DNA of 64,000 bases from Thermoplasmata archaeon. GTDB lineage: Archaea; Thermoplasmatota; Thermoplasmata; Halarchaeoplasmatales; Halarchaeoplasmataceae. Position numbers and translations under genes: made by a program. Where the stretch lies: contig PUNK01000057.1 of NCBI GenBank assembly GCA_003552585.1, forward strand, positions 720 to 64,719, written 5' to 3'. This document shows, in pieces, positions 20,985 to 30,925 of this stretch (position 1 is the stretch's first letter; each line of letters starts with the position of its first letter). The notes beneath the pieces are model-generated. The model made no database searches and had not been told where the DNA came from. It saw nothing but the letters and a program-made list of their open reading frames with translations.

Positions 20985-21538
20985 TCAACCGGACCGAGTG
21001 GAAAGATAACCTTTCCACTATATTCGTTTGTTATCTCAGCCATGGCTACGTAAATAGCGCTAAAGCCACACAGGATACCTTCGTACCCTGCGATCGTTGC
21101 TATCGTTGGATTGTACTCTCCGATTGCTAACAAAAAGAAAAGTATTGTTAATGTTCCAAAAACCACTTGCAATCCTCTATTCATCTTCAAAGTGGAGAGA
21201 AACATCCAACCAGTAAAAAGACCCCACATCGAGAAGTAGACTGCCATAGAATCATTAGAGGGGGAAAAATTGGGAAATATCTCAGGGATCAGTACCAGGC
21301 CAACTAAACTGAACCAAAACAAACCATAGGAGCTGAAGGCTACACCTGCAAAGGTGTTACCTTGTTTTATCTCCCACCATCCTGCGATCAATTGTGCTAT
21401 GCCACCATAAAAAATACCCATGGCTAGTATCATGCTGCTCATCTCTATAAAACCAGCGTTGTGGATATTCAGTAAAACCGTTGTCATACCAAAACCCATC
21501 AACCCCAGTGGTGCTGGATTTGCGATCGTTTTTTTCAC
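20981..21538 (-). CDS. satP: GPR1/FUN34/YaaH-family acetate/succinate transporter
   Basis: [14 protein letters not shown] signature; 6 TM. Confidence 0.85.
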   Translation of the reverse strand: MKKTIANPAPLGLMGFGMTTVLLNIHNAGFIEMSSMILAMGIFYGGIAQLIAGWWEIKQGNTFAGVAFSSYGLFWFSLVGLVLIPEIFPNFSPSNDSMAVYFSMWGLFTGWMFLSTLKMNRGLQVVFGTLTILFFLLAIGEYNPTIATIAGYEGILCGFSAIYVAMAEITNEYSGKVIFPLGPVE

Positions 21539-21571
21539 AATACTTTATCCCCCCTACTTTGATATATTTGA

Positions 21572-21913
21572 TCAGTTGGACTTTGCTTTCTTTTTAGCCC
21601 TATCCCTTCTTTTTTTTGCATCGAATCCTGTGGCTTTAAGAAGAAAATCGTTCCAGATCGAAATCGTTTCTGAGGCAACCTTGTTGTCAACATCATCATC
21701 CATCTCGATGTCGACCCATAAGTTGGTCTTCCCCTCAGTCCAAATCTCTAGATGAGCTATCGCTCCGAAGGATGTGATCAGTCGGTCGCCTTCTTTTTTA
21801 ACGCTCCCAAAGCATTCTTCCATCATATTTTCAAGCTTATCTCCTTCGATATTCTTGAAGTGCCCTCTTTTTATATCATATTTGTTCTTTCCCATGTTAC
21901 CAAAATAGTACAA
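21572..21913 (-). CDS. hypothetical protein with basic C-terminal tail
   Basis: ORF only. Confidence 0.3.
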   Translation of the reverse strand: MYYFGNMGKNKYDIKRGHFKNIEGDKLENMMEECFGSVKKEGDRLITSFGAIAHLEIWTEGKTNLWVDIEMDDDVDNKVASETISIWNDFLLKATGFDAKKRRDRAKKKAKSN

Positions 21914-22004
21914 ACGATGAAGTAATTTATTTTTTTTGCTAAGGTCCGTGTTTGTATCATCTTCTTTGTTAAGGTTTTTATACTTAAACCATCAATCCCA
22001 ATTC

Positions 22005-23321
22005 ATGAAACGTATACATTCAACTGATGTTATTGAACTGCAGGATGGTGAAAAGTGTAAATTAGCTGGTTGGCTTCAGGAGACTAAAAATCTTGGCGGT
22101 ATAGCTTTTCTCAAGGTGAGGGACCGTGAAGGTATATTTCAGGTAGTGCTTGTCAAAAAGGAAATCGGGGAGGCATTCGATGATCTTGTTAATATCCCAA
22201 GAGAAAGCGTAATAGAGATCGAGGGTAAGAAACAGGAAACGGATCAAACCACTCTCGGTTACGAAATAATACCAATTTCCATAAAGGTTGAAAGTAAAGC
22301 TGAAAAACCTCTTCCTTTAGGCATAGTAGATAAGGTTAATGCTGACATGGATACTCGTTTTGATAACCGTTTTTTGGATCTGAGAAAAAAGGAAAAGATG
22401 GCGATATTTGAACTCAGGCATATTTTGTTGGAAGGGCTAAGAGATTTTTTTAGCCAGGAAAAATTTATAGAGATAAATACACCTAAGATAGTCGCTGCGG
22501 GGGCGGAAGGTGGTGCCACTCTGTTTGAGGTAGATTATTATGGGGAGGGAGCGTACCTTGCCCAGAGTCCTCAATTGTTTAAACAAATGCTGATGGGAGC
22601 TGGATTTGAAAGGGTTTATGAGATCGCTCCCGCTTACAGAGCGGAAGACTTCGATACCGTTCGACACACATCCGAGTTTACCTCACTAGACTTTGAGATA
22701 TCTTTTATAGACAGTTCCGATGATATAATGAGCATGACCAGTTACATGATCGAACATTCTTTGAATTATGTAGTTGAAGAGGGCGAAAGATATCTCGATA
22801 TCTTAGATGTGGAAGTCACAGTTCCAGAGCACCCTATCAGAAAATTACCTCACAGGGAATGTATAGAGATATTGGATGATTTGGGTAAAGAATGGGAGGG
22901 GGAAAAAGAAGTAGATACTGAGGGGGAAAAGATGCTCGGAGAATATATGAAGGAAAATTATGACGCTGAATTCTTTTTCATAACCGAGTTCCCCACCAAG
23001 ATGAAGCAGAGCACCTTTTACGCGATGAGGAAGGATTACGATCCATCTCTAACTACTTATTTTGATCTTGAATATAAAGGTCAAGAATTGGTGTCGGGAG
23101 GCCAGCGAGAACACAGGTACGATATACTCATGAAACAAATGGAAGAGATAGATTTGGCTCCCTCTTCTTTTAGATCATACCTGGACACCTTTAAATATGG
23201 GATGCCACCTCATGGTGGAATAGGCCTGGGAGTAGACAGATTCGTTCAAAAGATGCTAGATCTAGATAACATCCGGGAAGCGATACTTTTCCCAAGAGAC
23301 ACAAGCAGGCTTAAACCTTGA
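22005..23321 (+). CDS. aspS: aspartyl-tRNA synthetase, archaeal type (ORF track start 21936 likely too early)
   Basis: FLKVRDREG anticodon-binding OB fold, QSPQLFKQ motif, class II motifs incl. GGIGLGVDR. Confidence 0.9.
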   Translation: MKRIHSTDVIELQDGEKCKLAGWLQETKNLGGIAFLKVRDREGIFQVVLVKKEIGEAFDDLVNIPRESVIEIEGKKQETDQTTLGYEIIPISIKVESKAEKPLPLGIVDKVNADMDTRFDNRFLDLRKKEKMAIFELRHILLEGLRDFFSQEKFIEINTPKIVAAGAEGGATLFEVDYYGEGAYLAQSPQLFKQMLMGAGFERVYEIAPAYRAEDFDTVRHTSEFTSLDFEISFIDSSDDIMSMTSYMIEHSLNYVVEEGERYLDILDVEVTVPEHPIRKLPHRECIEILDDLGKEWEGEKEVDTEGEKMLGEYMKENYDAEFFFITEFPTKMKQSTFYAMRKDYDPSLTTYFDLEYKGQELVSGGQREHRYDILMKQMEEIDLAPSSFRSYLDTFKYGMPPHGGIGLGVDRFVQKMLDLDNIREAILFPRDTSRLKP

Positions 23322-23354
23322 ACATATTGACGATAATCTAAGGAGATCAACTGC

Positions 23355-23873
23355 ATGGTAACAGGAAAATATGAAAGAGAATTGAGAGGGATATTATCCG
23401 CTGATGAAGAGGTTCTATCAGAGGTAACAAAGACATGTTCCAAAAAAGAACATGAAGGATATTATTCAATAAAAGATATACCTTTTCTCGTCGTCAGAGC
23501 AGGTGCTAGTCTTGGTATAGATTTGATTGCCGTAAGAGGAGAGATATCCTTTCCTATCGAGGTAAAATCATCTAAAAAAGATGTTATATATTTTAGCGAT
23601 GAGGATAGATTGACAGAGCAGGCAGAACGGATGACCGAGATGTGCAATAAAAGTGGAGTTATGCCTTTATACGCCTATCGTATCAAAGGAAAAAGAGGTG
23701 AAAGATGGAGTATGTATACTATGGAACTCGAAGGTCTCAAGAAAAAACATAGAGTACTCCAACGTAAGGTACCCTATATAGGTAGAACCACACATGGTAA
23801 TTACACAATGAGATGGGAGGAAGGTATGCCTTTGAACAAACTTTTGGCTTATTTGAAGTATCTTATCAAATGA
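23355..23873 (+). CDS. hjc: Holliday junction resolvase Hjc with ~35-aa C-terminal extension
   Basis: ERELRGIL ... VVRAGASLGIDLIAV ... IEVKSSK catalytic pattern. Confidence 0.7.
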   Translation: MVTGKYERELRGILSADEEVLSEVTKTCSKKEHEGYYSIKDIPFLVVRAGASLGIDLIAVRGEISFPIEVKSSKKDVIYFSDEDRLTEQAERMTEMCNKSGVMPLYAYRIKGKRGERWSMYTMELEGLKKKHRVLQRKVPYIGRTTHGNYTMRWEEGMPLNKLLAYLKYLIK

Positions 23874-23913
23874 GATAAAAAACCTGGGAATATTTTATAA
23901 GGAAAACTACCTA

Positions 23914-24576
23914 TTGAATATCATTATGGAAATCATTCCATCAGTGTCTTTCAAGAACGGATATCTAGTCGTGGTCCAAGACGGTAAGTATAGATACTAT
24001 AAAGAGGAGGGGGAAAAGGTGCCCCCTTCTTCGCTTTTAAATATTCTTACAGGTTATGAAAAATTATATCTTTTAGATCTAGATGGGATAGAGCACAACA
24101 GCCCCCAGATGGAAGTTATAAGGGTATTGAGTAGTCGCAGAGAACTTTGGGCTGATCCAGGCGTTAACGATATCGAAACGGTCACGGACGTTTATGTGGC
24201 AGGTTCTCATAGAGTAGTACTCTCCACTAAAAGTATGGATAATATTGAACTGTTGGAACAGGCTGTTGAGATTAGTAGAGATATGGTTTTATGTGTTGAT
24301 ACTGACAGCGGTATAATTTCAAGATCCACTGAAATATGTTCGAAGGGGATAAGAAAGATGATCGAAGAAGCGGTAGATATGGGCATAGAAAAGATCGTAT
24401 TGACTAACCTATCAGGAACAAAATTTAGCACCTCCCATATCCGTGAGGTTCCTGAAGGAGATTTCGAACTTTATATCGGGGGTGGTATAGAGAACCAGGG
24501 GGATGACTTGACGGATAGAGTAGATGGTGTTCTATTGGGATTTGAGGAGGCGTTAAAATACCAGAAGAAGAATTGA
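23914..24576 (+). CDS. HisA/HisF-related TIM-barrel protein (COG1411-like)
   Basis: IIPSVSFKNG start and LYLLDLDG resemble HisA IIPAIDLKDG / VVDLDGA. Confidence 0.4.
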   Translation: MNIIMEIIPSVSFKNGYLVVVQDGKYRYYKEEGEKVPPSSLLNILTGYEKLYLLDLDGIEHNSPQMEVIRVLSSRRELWADPGVNDIETVTDVYVAGSHRVVLSTKSMDNIELLEQAVEISRDMVLCVDTDSGIISRSTEICSKGIRKMIEEAVDMGIEKIVLTNLSGTKFSTSHIREVPEGDFELYIGGGIENQGDDLTDRVDGVLLGFEEALKYQKKN

Positions 24577-25037
24577 TGAAAACAATCGCGTTTTTATTCC
24601 AAAGGAAAGGAACTGATGAAATGGATGTCGAGGATTTCATATATGATCCAGCTGCAGAATTGGGCTGGTTCAGTACAGAGCAGGCAAGGGATTTACTGAA
24701 GGTAGCAGAGGAACAAGGACTAGTCGTCGTAGAAGGGGACATTGTCAGGACTTCGTTCAATCATGGGTCGATAGAACTACCCTTTGGATTCAAACCTACA
24801 GAAGAAGTATTATCCACCTGCGAGCCAAAACCCCTTTTTCCTGAAATCCTAGATGTTGTATGTACTTATAGTGGAAAAAGCAGATCCGAGATAATGGCTA
24901 AAGTCAACAAAAAGCAGGATGAAATGAACCTTAGGATTGAAGTGGCTTTACTTTTAGTGGCAGATGAATTAGGCCTTGAGTTATCAAAAAGGGATGAGTA
25001 TATCAAAAGGATAAGAGATGATATTTTGAACAGATGA
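24573..25037 (+). CDS. conserved hypothetical protein
   Basis: ORF, 4-nt overlap with upstream gene. Confidence 0.3.
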   Translation: MMKTIAFLFQRKGTDEMDVEDFIYDPAAELGWFSTEQARDLLKVAEEQGLVVVEGDIVRTSFNHGSIELPFGFKPTEEVLSTCEPKPLFPEILDVVCTYSGKSRSEIMAKVNKKQDEMNLRIEVALLLVADELGLELSKRDEYIKRIRDDILNR

Positions 25038-25148
25038 AACGGATCTCATTCTTACCTTCTATTACCTTCTATTATAATCAGTTAACAGTCACTTTTAAGT
25101 ATGAGGACCTGTATTGAAAATCCCTTCGATAATACTGGAGATAATATC

Positions 25149-25604
25149 ATGGCAAGGATGCATGCAAGGAAGCGAGGAAAATCCGGCTCTACTCGACCTC
25201 TAGTAGAGGAGAACCCAGAATGGGTCAGCATGGAAGAGGACAAAGTAGTTGATAAGATCATATCACTCGCAAAACAAGGAAAAAATTCGGGCGAGATAGG
25301 TGTAATCCTAAGAGATCAATACGGAGTACCAGATGTAAAACTTCTTACTGGTAAGGGCATAACGGATATAATGAAGGAGAACGAAGTTTATCCTGAACTG
25401 CCTGAAGATCTCCTTCATCTCATGGAGAAAGCTGTAAATCTTTATGAACATCTCGATGAAAATCACAAAGACCTTCATAATCGAAGAGGATTACAGGAGG
25501 TCGAAGCAAAGATCCGCCGACTTTCAAAGTATTATAAGAAGCAAGGAGTTCTTCCTGAAAACTGGCGATACAATAGAGATTTAGCGGAGATGCTAACGCA
25601 GTAA
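25149..25604 (+). CDS. rps15: 30S ribosomal protein S15 (uS15/S13e)
   Basis: MARMHARKRGKSGSTRP N-terminus typical of archaeal S15. Confidence 0.9.
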   Translation: MARMHARKRGKSGSTRPLVEENPEWVSMEEDKVVDKIISLAKQGKNSGEIGVILRDQYGVPDVKLLTGKGITDIMKENEVYPELPEDLLHLMEKAVNLYEHLDENHKDLHNRRGLQEVEAKIRRLSKYYKKQGVLPENWRYNRDLAEMLTQ

Positions 25605-25619
25605 ACTAAATAGATTTCC

Positions 25620-26957
25620 GTGGGAGGCGATCCTCTGGAACTGCCTGAAGATATACGAGATGGATTTGAAGCAGCCGCTTCTATATTAGATGAATACGAC
25701 AAATTTAGAATATATACCCATTACGACGCCGATGGGATATCTTCAGCCGCCGTGCTGAGCAGAGCTTTGATGCGATCACAAAAAGGTTTCCACACTAGTT
25801 TTTTGTCCTCTTTTCCCGAAAAATTGTCTAGTGATCTACCTCTCATTTTTACAGATTTCGGCAACAGTCATCTTGACAGATTGAATCAGCTTGACCAGCC
25901 CGTTATCGTTTTAGATCATCACAATACAGATATCGGTGTCGAGGCTGGAAAAGAGAAAATCTTCATAAACCCTCACGACTTCGGAATAAACGGGGCTAAG
26001 GAAGTGAGTGGGGGGACATTATCTTTCCTCCTTGCCATTGCTTTTGATGAAAAAAACTGGTCTCAATCTGTATATGGATTAGCTGGAGCCGCTGCCGATA
26101 AACAAAATATAGGTGGTTTTACTGGACTTAATAATAAAATCGTTGAAGAGGCTGTCAAAAGAGGAAAGCTCGAAGTTCGAAACCGATTGTACTTGGATGG
26201 AGAGGGAATAGAAGATTCTTTGATGAAAGCGTGCGATCCATATTTTCCAGGAATATCTGGAAGGAAAGCCACGATCAAAAAAATCCTCAAAGAGATCGGG
26301 TTAGATTCCTCCACACCGGTTAATGAAATTTCGTCGGATAAAGATAGAGAACTAACATCTATTCTTGTGCTCTCTCTTATGGAAAATAACATTCCTACTC
26401 ACATCGTTGAAAGCATAAAAGGTAAAGATTTTATCGATGATGAGAACGGCCTGAGTGTTGAAATATTATATAAACTACTTAATTCGTGTGCACGGGTTTC
26501 AAAGCCGGGATTAGGATTATCATTATGTTTAGGTGACCCTTCAGCAAAGGAGAAGGCTGAAAAATTAAGAGATGATTACAGAGAGCAAATGATTCGCAGA
26601 TTACGGGTTATAGAAGAAGAGGGCATAGAACAAATGGATCATATACAATATTTCTATGAAGAGAAACGAACTAGAAAAGGTGAATTGGCTGGATTGGGAA
26701 TGCTTTACATCCTCTCACAAGAAAAACCGACGATTGGGTTGACCAAAATCGATGATAGAGTTGATATATCCTGTAGAGCTACAAAGAAATTGGTAAAAAG
26801 CGGGATTGATCTTGGTCTTTTTTGTAGAGAAATAGCTCGCAAGCTAGATGGCAGTGGGGGTGGACACGACATCGCTGCCGGAGCAACGATACCCCTAAAC
26901 AAGGATAAAAAATTTCTAGAATTGATGGATGAACACGTGGGTAAGATACTGGGATGA
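25620..26957 (+). CDS. DHH/DHHA1 phosphoesterase, RecJ/GAN-like nuclease; GTG start
   Basis: DHH motifs (HYDADGISSAAVL, DHHN) and DHHA1 GGGH; conserved archaeal S15-RecJ-like neighbourhood. Confidence 0.7.
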   Translation: MGGDPLELPEDIRDGFEAAASILDEYDKFRIYTHYDADGISSAAVLSRALMRSQKGFHTSFLSSFPEKLSSDLPLIFTDFGNSHLDRLNQLDQPVIVLDHHNTDIGVEAGKEKIFINPHDFGINGAKEVSGGTLSFLLAIAFDEKNWSQSVYGLAGAAADKQNIGGFTGLNNKIVEEAVKRGKLEVRNRLYLDGEGIEDSLMKACDPYFPGISGRKATIKKILKEIGLDSSTPVNEISSDKDRELTSILVLSLMENNIPTHIVESIKGKDFIDDENGLSVEILYKLLNSCARVSKPGLGLSLCLGDPSAKEKAEKLRDDYREQMIRRLRVIEEEGIEQMDHIQYFYEEKRTRKGELAGLGMLYILSQEKPTIGLTKIDDRVDISCRATKKLVKSGIDLGLFCREIARKLDGSGGGHDIAAGATIPLNKDKKFLELMDEHVGKILG

Positions 26958-27182
26958 TCATCTTCTTTTTTTGTCAAAGATTGCCATAAGCAGTGCAACG
27001 ACAATAAAGGATATAAGCGCCAGAAAGAGATCACCTAGAAAAAGGAAGACAAGAACTGCAACCAATGTTGCGGGTAAAAACGCTATCAAAACTTTTAATA
27101 CAAAAACTAAAACTATTATCACGATCGCTACCAATAATATCCCTAGACATATTAGGACACTTAAGCCGAGCAAAGGTACCAT
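26958..27182 (-). CDS. small 2-TM membrane protein
   Basis: 74 aa, two hydrophobic helices, KKRR tail. Confidence 0.35.
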   Translation of the reverse strand: MVPLLGLSVLICLGILLVAIVIIVLVFVLKVLIAFLPATLVAVLVFLFLGDLFLALISFIVVALLMAIFDKKRR

Positions 27183-27279
27183 GAATGAAGATACAACACA
27201 GTGTAATTAAAATTTCCTATTGTGTCTATTTATAGTGGAAGATGCAACTTATTTGTATTTCGTTGCGTCATCCACAACT

Positions 27280-27323
27280 AGTCAAGGACATTAAAAAATC
27301 AAAGAAAAGTCGTGTCCTTGACT
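27280..27323. promoter_or_regulatory. perfect 11-bp inverted repeat AGTCAAGGACA-N22-TGTCCTTGACT adjacent to TATAAA, upstream of the TPR/zinc-finger gene
   Basis: seen directly; a second GGGGG...CCCCC hairpin follows at ~27329-27353. Confidence 0.4.
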
Positions 27324-27374
27324 ATAAAGGGGGAAAATTGTTTTTAACCCCCCTCCATCTTTAGTCAGAGTTCT

Positions 27375-28550
27375 ATGAACGAGAGCCTGGCAGAAAAAAT
27401 TGAGCGAAAACTTAGTGAAGTAAATTTAGAGACTCTTTCGACAGATGAAAAAGATAGATTAAAAGAAGAGATGTTTCCTCTTATAGAGGAAGTGGAGAAG
27501 GAAGACGGACCGTATATATTATCTCTTAAAAATCCAGTTCTTTATCTCAAGATATCATATCTTTTACTTGACAGCCATCCCAAAAAGGCTGACGAATTCG
27601 CAAAGAAGAGTTTGAAGTTGGAGAAATCTTATGGAGGATATTTTATATCTGGTAAAGCTCTTTTTGACCTGGGTGACTTTAAAGGGGCCTTGGGCAACTT
27701 CGATGAAGCACTAAAATACAAGAAAACAGCAGAGGTATACAGGCTGAAGGCTTTAGCACTGAAAAAAAGAGGAAAGACGGACAGGGCACTTCGAACAATA
27801 GAAAAGGCACTAGAAGTTGAGGAATCGAAAGAGATCTTTGCACTGTATGCGGATACGTTAGTCAATTCGGGAGATATAGAAAAAGCGAAAGAGTACTACT
27901 CAAAGATTGAAACTTTTGAGAAAAATACATACCTCTACGATAAGAAAGTAAAAGATTTACTCGATGACGCAAAAAAACAATCTTTGCCTCAAAACTTCGA
28001 TGATGTTCTTAAGCTAGATGAAAAGTGTGTAGATGCATGGATCGGTAAGGCTGAAAGATATTGGAACATCGGTGAAAAAGAAGAAGCGTTGAGTGTTTTG
28101 GAGGAGTCAGAGAACCATCTTGAAGATGAAAGGATAAAAGATAAAAAGAGTGAATATAAGCGTGATTTCGTAGAAGAAGAGCTGTGTAAAAATTGTTCGG
28201 GTACAGGGAACTGTATAAAATGCTCGGGCTCTGGTGATTGTCAAAATTGTGATGGGTCTGGAGATTGTATAAAATGCTCAGGGAGTGGGTACTGTTTTAA
28301 TTGTGAAGGTAGTGCTAATTGCCCAAATTGTGATGGTAAGGGTAAAACTGGTTGGATTACAAAATGTGAGATATGTGGGGGAAATGGTGTTTGTATGGAA
28401 TGTGAGGGAGAATTGCTCTGTGATAAATGTAAAGGGCTTGGTAATTGTATAATCTGCAAAGGCAATGGTAACTGCGAAGGTTGTCAGGGAAGTGGAGGAT
28501 GTCCAGATTGCAAAGGAAGAGGTGTTGTTAAAACTGTGGAGAGGTATTAA
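27375..28550 (+). CDS. TPR-repeat protein with a C-terminal array of ~12 DnaJ-type CxxCxGxG zinc-finger repeats
   Basis: N-terminal TPR-like helices; C-terminal CKNCSGTGNC, CIKCSGSGDC, CQNCDGSGDC ... CPDCKGRG. Confidence 0.55.
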   Translation: MNESLAEKIERKLSEVNLETLSTDEKDRLKEEMFPLIEEVEKEDGPYILSLKNPVLYLKISYLLLDSHPKKADEFAKKSLKLEKSYGGYFISGKALFDLGDFKGALGNFDEALKYKKTAEVYRLKALALKKRGKTDRALRTIEKALEVEESKEIFALYADTLVNSGDIEKAKEYYSKIETFEKNTYLYDKKVKDLLDDAKKQSLPQNFDDVLKLDEKCVDAWIGKAERYWNIGEKEEALSVLEESENHLEDERIKDKKSEYKRDFVEEELCKNCSGTGNCIKCSGSGDCQNCDGSGDCIKCSGSGYCFNCEGSANCPNCDGKGKTGWITKCEICGGNGVCMECEGELLCDKCKGLGNCIICKGNGNCEGCQGSGGCPDCKGRGVVKTVERY

Positions 28551-28608
28551 GCATGATTTTGTTAGATTGACGAAAAACAATATATTCCCCCCAAATCATA
28601 GTGGTAAT

Positions 28609-29784
28609 ATGCATCCTTCAAAACATATCAAAGGCTCAAAAGGAGATGACCTCAAAGGTAAACACATAGTATTAGGTGTTACTGGAAGCATCGGAGCTGT
28701 TGAATGCATCAAACTTATACGGGAATTGATAAGAGAAGGTGCAGAAGTATCGTGTATAATGACGGAATGGGCTCAAAAAATAGTTCATCCTTATTCATTG
28801 GAGTTCGCTTCTGGAAAGTCCGTTATCACCGAACTCACCGGTCAAGTTGAACACGTAGACCTGTGTGGAGAAGTTCCTGATAAGGCAGATCTGTATCTTA
28901 TAGCTCCTGCAACAGCAAACACCATATCAAAAATAGCTTGCGGTATAGATGATACACCTGTAACTACATTCGCAACTACTAGCATAGGATCAGGAATACC
29001 GGTCGTTATCGTACCAGCGATGCACAAGAGCATGTATCAGCATCCTATCGTTATTCAGAATATGAATAAGTTAAAAGAGATCGGCATCGAATTTATAGGG
29101 CCAAATATGGACGAGGGTACTGCTAAAGTAGCGGGCAGAGCTCAAATAGTCGATCAGGTGATAAGGAAACTTGATCATTCGTTGAATGGTAAGAAAATTA
29201 CGATTATTACTGGACGCACTCAAGAACCAATCGATTCTATGCGAGTCCTTTCAAATAGGGCTACAGGAAAGAGTGGAATCATCATGGCTGAACGAGCCTA
29301 TAGAAAAGGTGCTGATGTGGAACTTTGGTATGCAAATGTTCAGGCTAAAGTACCTGATTGGATACCTTCTAAGGAATTTGATAGTTTGAACGATCTTATC
29401 GAGATGAAAGATGAGGTATCCGACATAGTCATCGTTCCTGCTGCTCTTTCAGATTTCGGAACAAAAGAGGTGTCTAAGGATAAGATATCTTCTGATGAGG
29501 AGCTCATAATGGAATTAAAACCTCTTCCCAAATTTATAGATCTTATAAAGGAAAAAACCGATCTTCTTGTTGCTTACAAAGCAACAGATACTAAAGAGAT
29601 GGCAGAGAAGGAAGGTAAACTGATGCTTGAAAACGGGAGAGCAGATATCGTTGTAGCAAATTCACTAAGTGATGTTAAAGAAGATGAAAATATTGTGTAT
29701 TTGCCCAGCATAGATTCCTGGATAGAAGGGGATAAGAGATACATAGCTGATAAGATTCTCGAACTGGTGGAGAAGCACACATGA
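28609..29784 (+). CDS. coaBC: bifunctional phosphopantothenoylcysteine decarboxylase / phosphopantothenate-cysteine ligase (ORF track start 28465 likely too early)
   Basis: flavoprotein N-domain (GVTGSIGA, PATANTISKIA) and CoaB C-domain. Confidence 0.85.
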   Translation: MHPSKHIKGSKGDDLKGKHIVLGVTGSIGAVECIKLIRELIREGAEVSCIMTEWAQKIVHPYSLEFASGKSVITELTGQVEHVDLCGEVPDKADLYLIAPATANTISKIACGIDDTPVTTFATTSIGSGIPVVIVPAMHKSMYQHPIVIQNMNKLKEIGIEFIGPNMDEGTAKVAGRAQIVDQVIRKLDHSLNGKKITIITGRTQEPIDSMRVLSNRATGKSGIIMAERAYRKGADVELWYANVQAKVPDWIPSKEFDSLNDLIEMKDEVSDIVIVPAALSDFGTKEVSKDKISSDEELIMELKPLPKFIDLIKEKTDLLVAYKATDTKEMAEKEGKLMLENGRADIVVANSLSDVKEDENIVYLPSIDSWIEGDKRYIADKILELVEKHT

Positions 29785-30635
29785 GCACTAGAGCATTCTG
29801 CCCTGGCCATATAACCGGTTTTTTTTTGCCATCAGGATTTGATACAAAGATAGAGCATATCGGTTCTAGAGGTGCTGGTTTTTCGATAGAACTCGGAGTT
29901 ACAGCTGATGTCCATGTGGGTGGGAAAGATTGGAAGATAGCTATAGATGGTAAAAGACAATCGATAACCGTGGTTGAAAAAACTGTAAGTAACTTTGCAA
30001 AAGGTGGCACGGTTGATCTACAAACTAAAATACCTTTCAGCCAAGGTTTTGGCATGAGCGGGGCTTGTGCTTTGTCTGCAGGGCTGGCTGCAGCAGAAGA
30101 GGTGGGTAGGGAGAGAAAAGATGCAGTCAAAGCCGCTCATATGGCAGAAATATTTTGCAGAACCGGTCTGGGTGACGTCGTAGCACAATCGATCGGTGGG
30201 TTCGAAACAAGGATTAAAGAAGGTCTACCTCCTTTTGGAGAAATAAAAAAGACAGAAATAGATATGGAAGTGGTCATCGGTATAATGGGTTCTGTTCTCA
30301 TTACTCCTGATGTGCTCAGAGATCCATCGATGTCAGAATGGATAAAGATCATAGGAGAAGAGTGCATGGATGAGTTCCTGCCTGATGATGGTTTCGATGA
30401 ATTTCTTGACCTTTCCTATAAATTTGCTACAGAAACAAGATTCCTGCGTGATGATATGATACACTTTTTCAGCGAAACGAAAGACATAGGTAAAGGTAGT
30501 ATGTCAATGATAGGTAATTCAATTTTTATGGTCGGCAATATTAAAGAAATTGAAAATTTGTTAGTAAATAGGGTTGGAGAAAATAATGTATTTGTTACCA
30601 AAATAGACAATCAAGGTGCCAGGTTGATGGATTAA
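29781..30635 (+). CDS. GHMP-family kinase, probable archaeal pantoate kinase (PoK)
   Basis: APGHITGFF N-terminus and GHMP glycine motif; 4-nt overlap with coaBC. Confidence 0.55.
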   Translation: MSTRAFCPGHITGFFLPSGFDTKIEHIGSRGAGFSIELGVTADVHVGGKDWKIAIDGKRQSITVVEKTVSNFAKGGTVDLQTKIPFSQGFGMSGACALSAGLAAAEEVGRERKDAVKAAHMAEIFCRTGLGDVVAQSIGGFETRIKEGLPPFGEIKKTEIDMEVVIGIMGSVLITPDVLRDPSMSEWIKIIGEECMDEFLPDDGFDEFLDLSYKFATETRFLRDDMIHFFSETKDIGKGSMSMIGNSIFMVGNIKEIENLLVNRVGENNVFVTKIDNQGARLMD

Positions 30636-30638
30636 AAA

Positions 30639-30923
30639 TCATTCTGCAAGAGTAAATAATACGTCGTCTTCCTTTACATCGAAAAGCCCTAGTCGCGCAC
30701 CGGCGTCCAACCAACCGTGGGCATAATTAATGCAAGCAAACGCATCGTCTAGTTTTCCATTTTCCAAGAAATGGATGGCATCAGAAAGGTAGCTTTCAGC
30801 CATCTCCAAAAAATCCTCGGATATTTTTTTAAGATGTGAACGTTTTGGTGAGGAGATTTCAAGTTTCTCCAATGCCTTCTCTGTTTTGTTTATATATTCC
30901 TCAACCCTTTTTCTGGTCACCAT
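30639..30923 (-). CDS. small conserved protein, possibly DUF357
   Basis: YAHGWLDAGARLGL block. Confidence 0.3.
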   Translation of the reverse strand: MVTRKRVEEYINKTEKALEKLEISSPKRSHLKKISEDFLEMAESYLSDAIHFLENGKLDDAFACINYAHGWLDAGARLGLFDVKEDDVLFTLAE

Positions 30924-30925
30924 AT

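Noticed and set aside
25056-25077. Tandem 10-mer taccttctat x2 upstream of rps15
   Set aside because: Too short and isolated to call a repeat element. Possibly promoter-associated but no further support.
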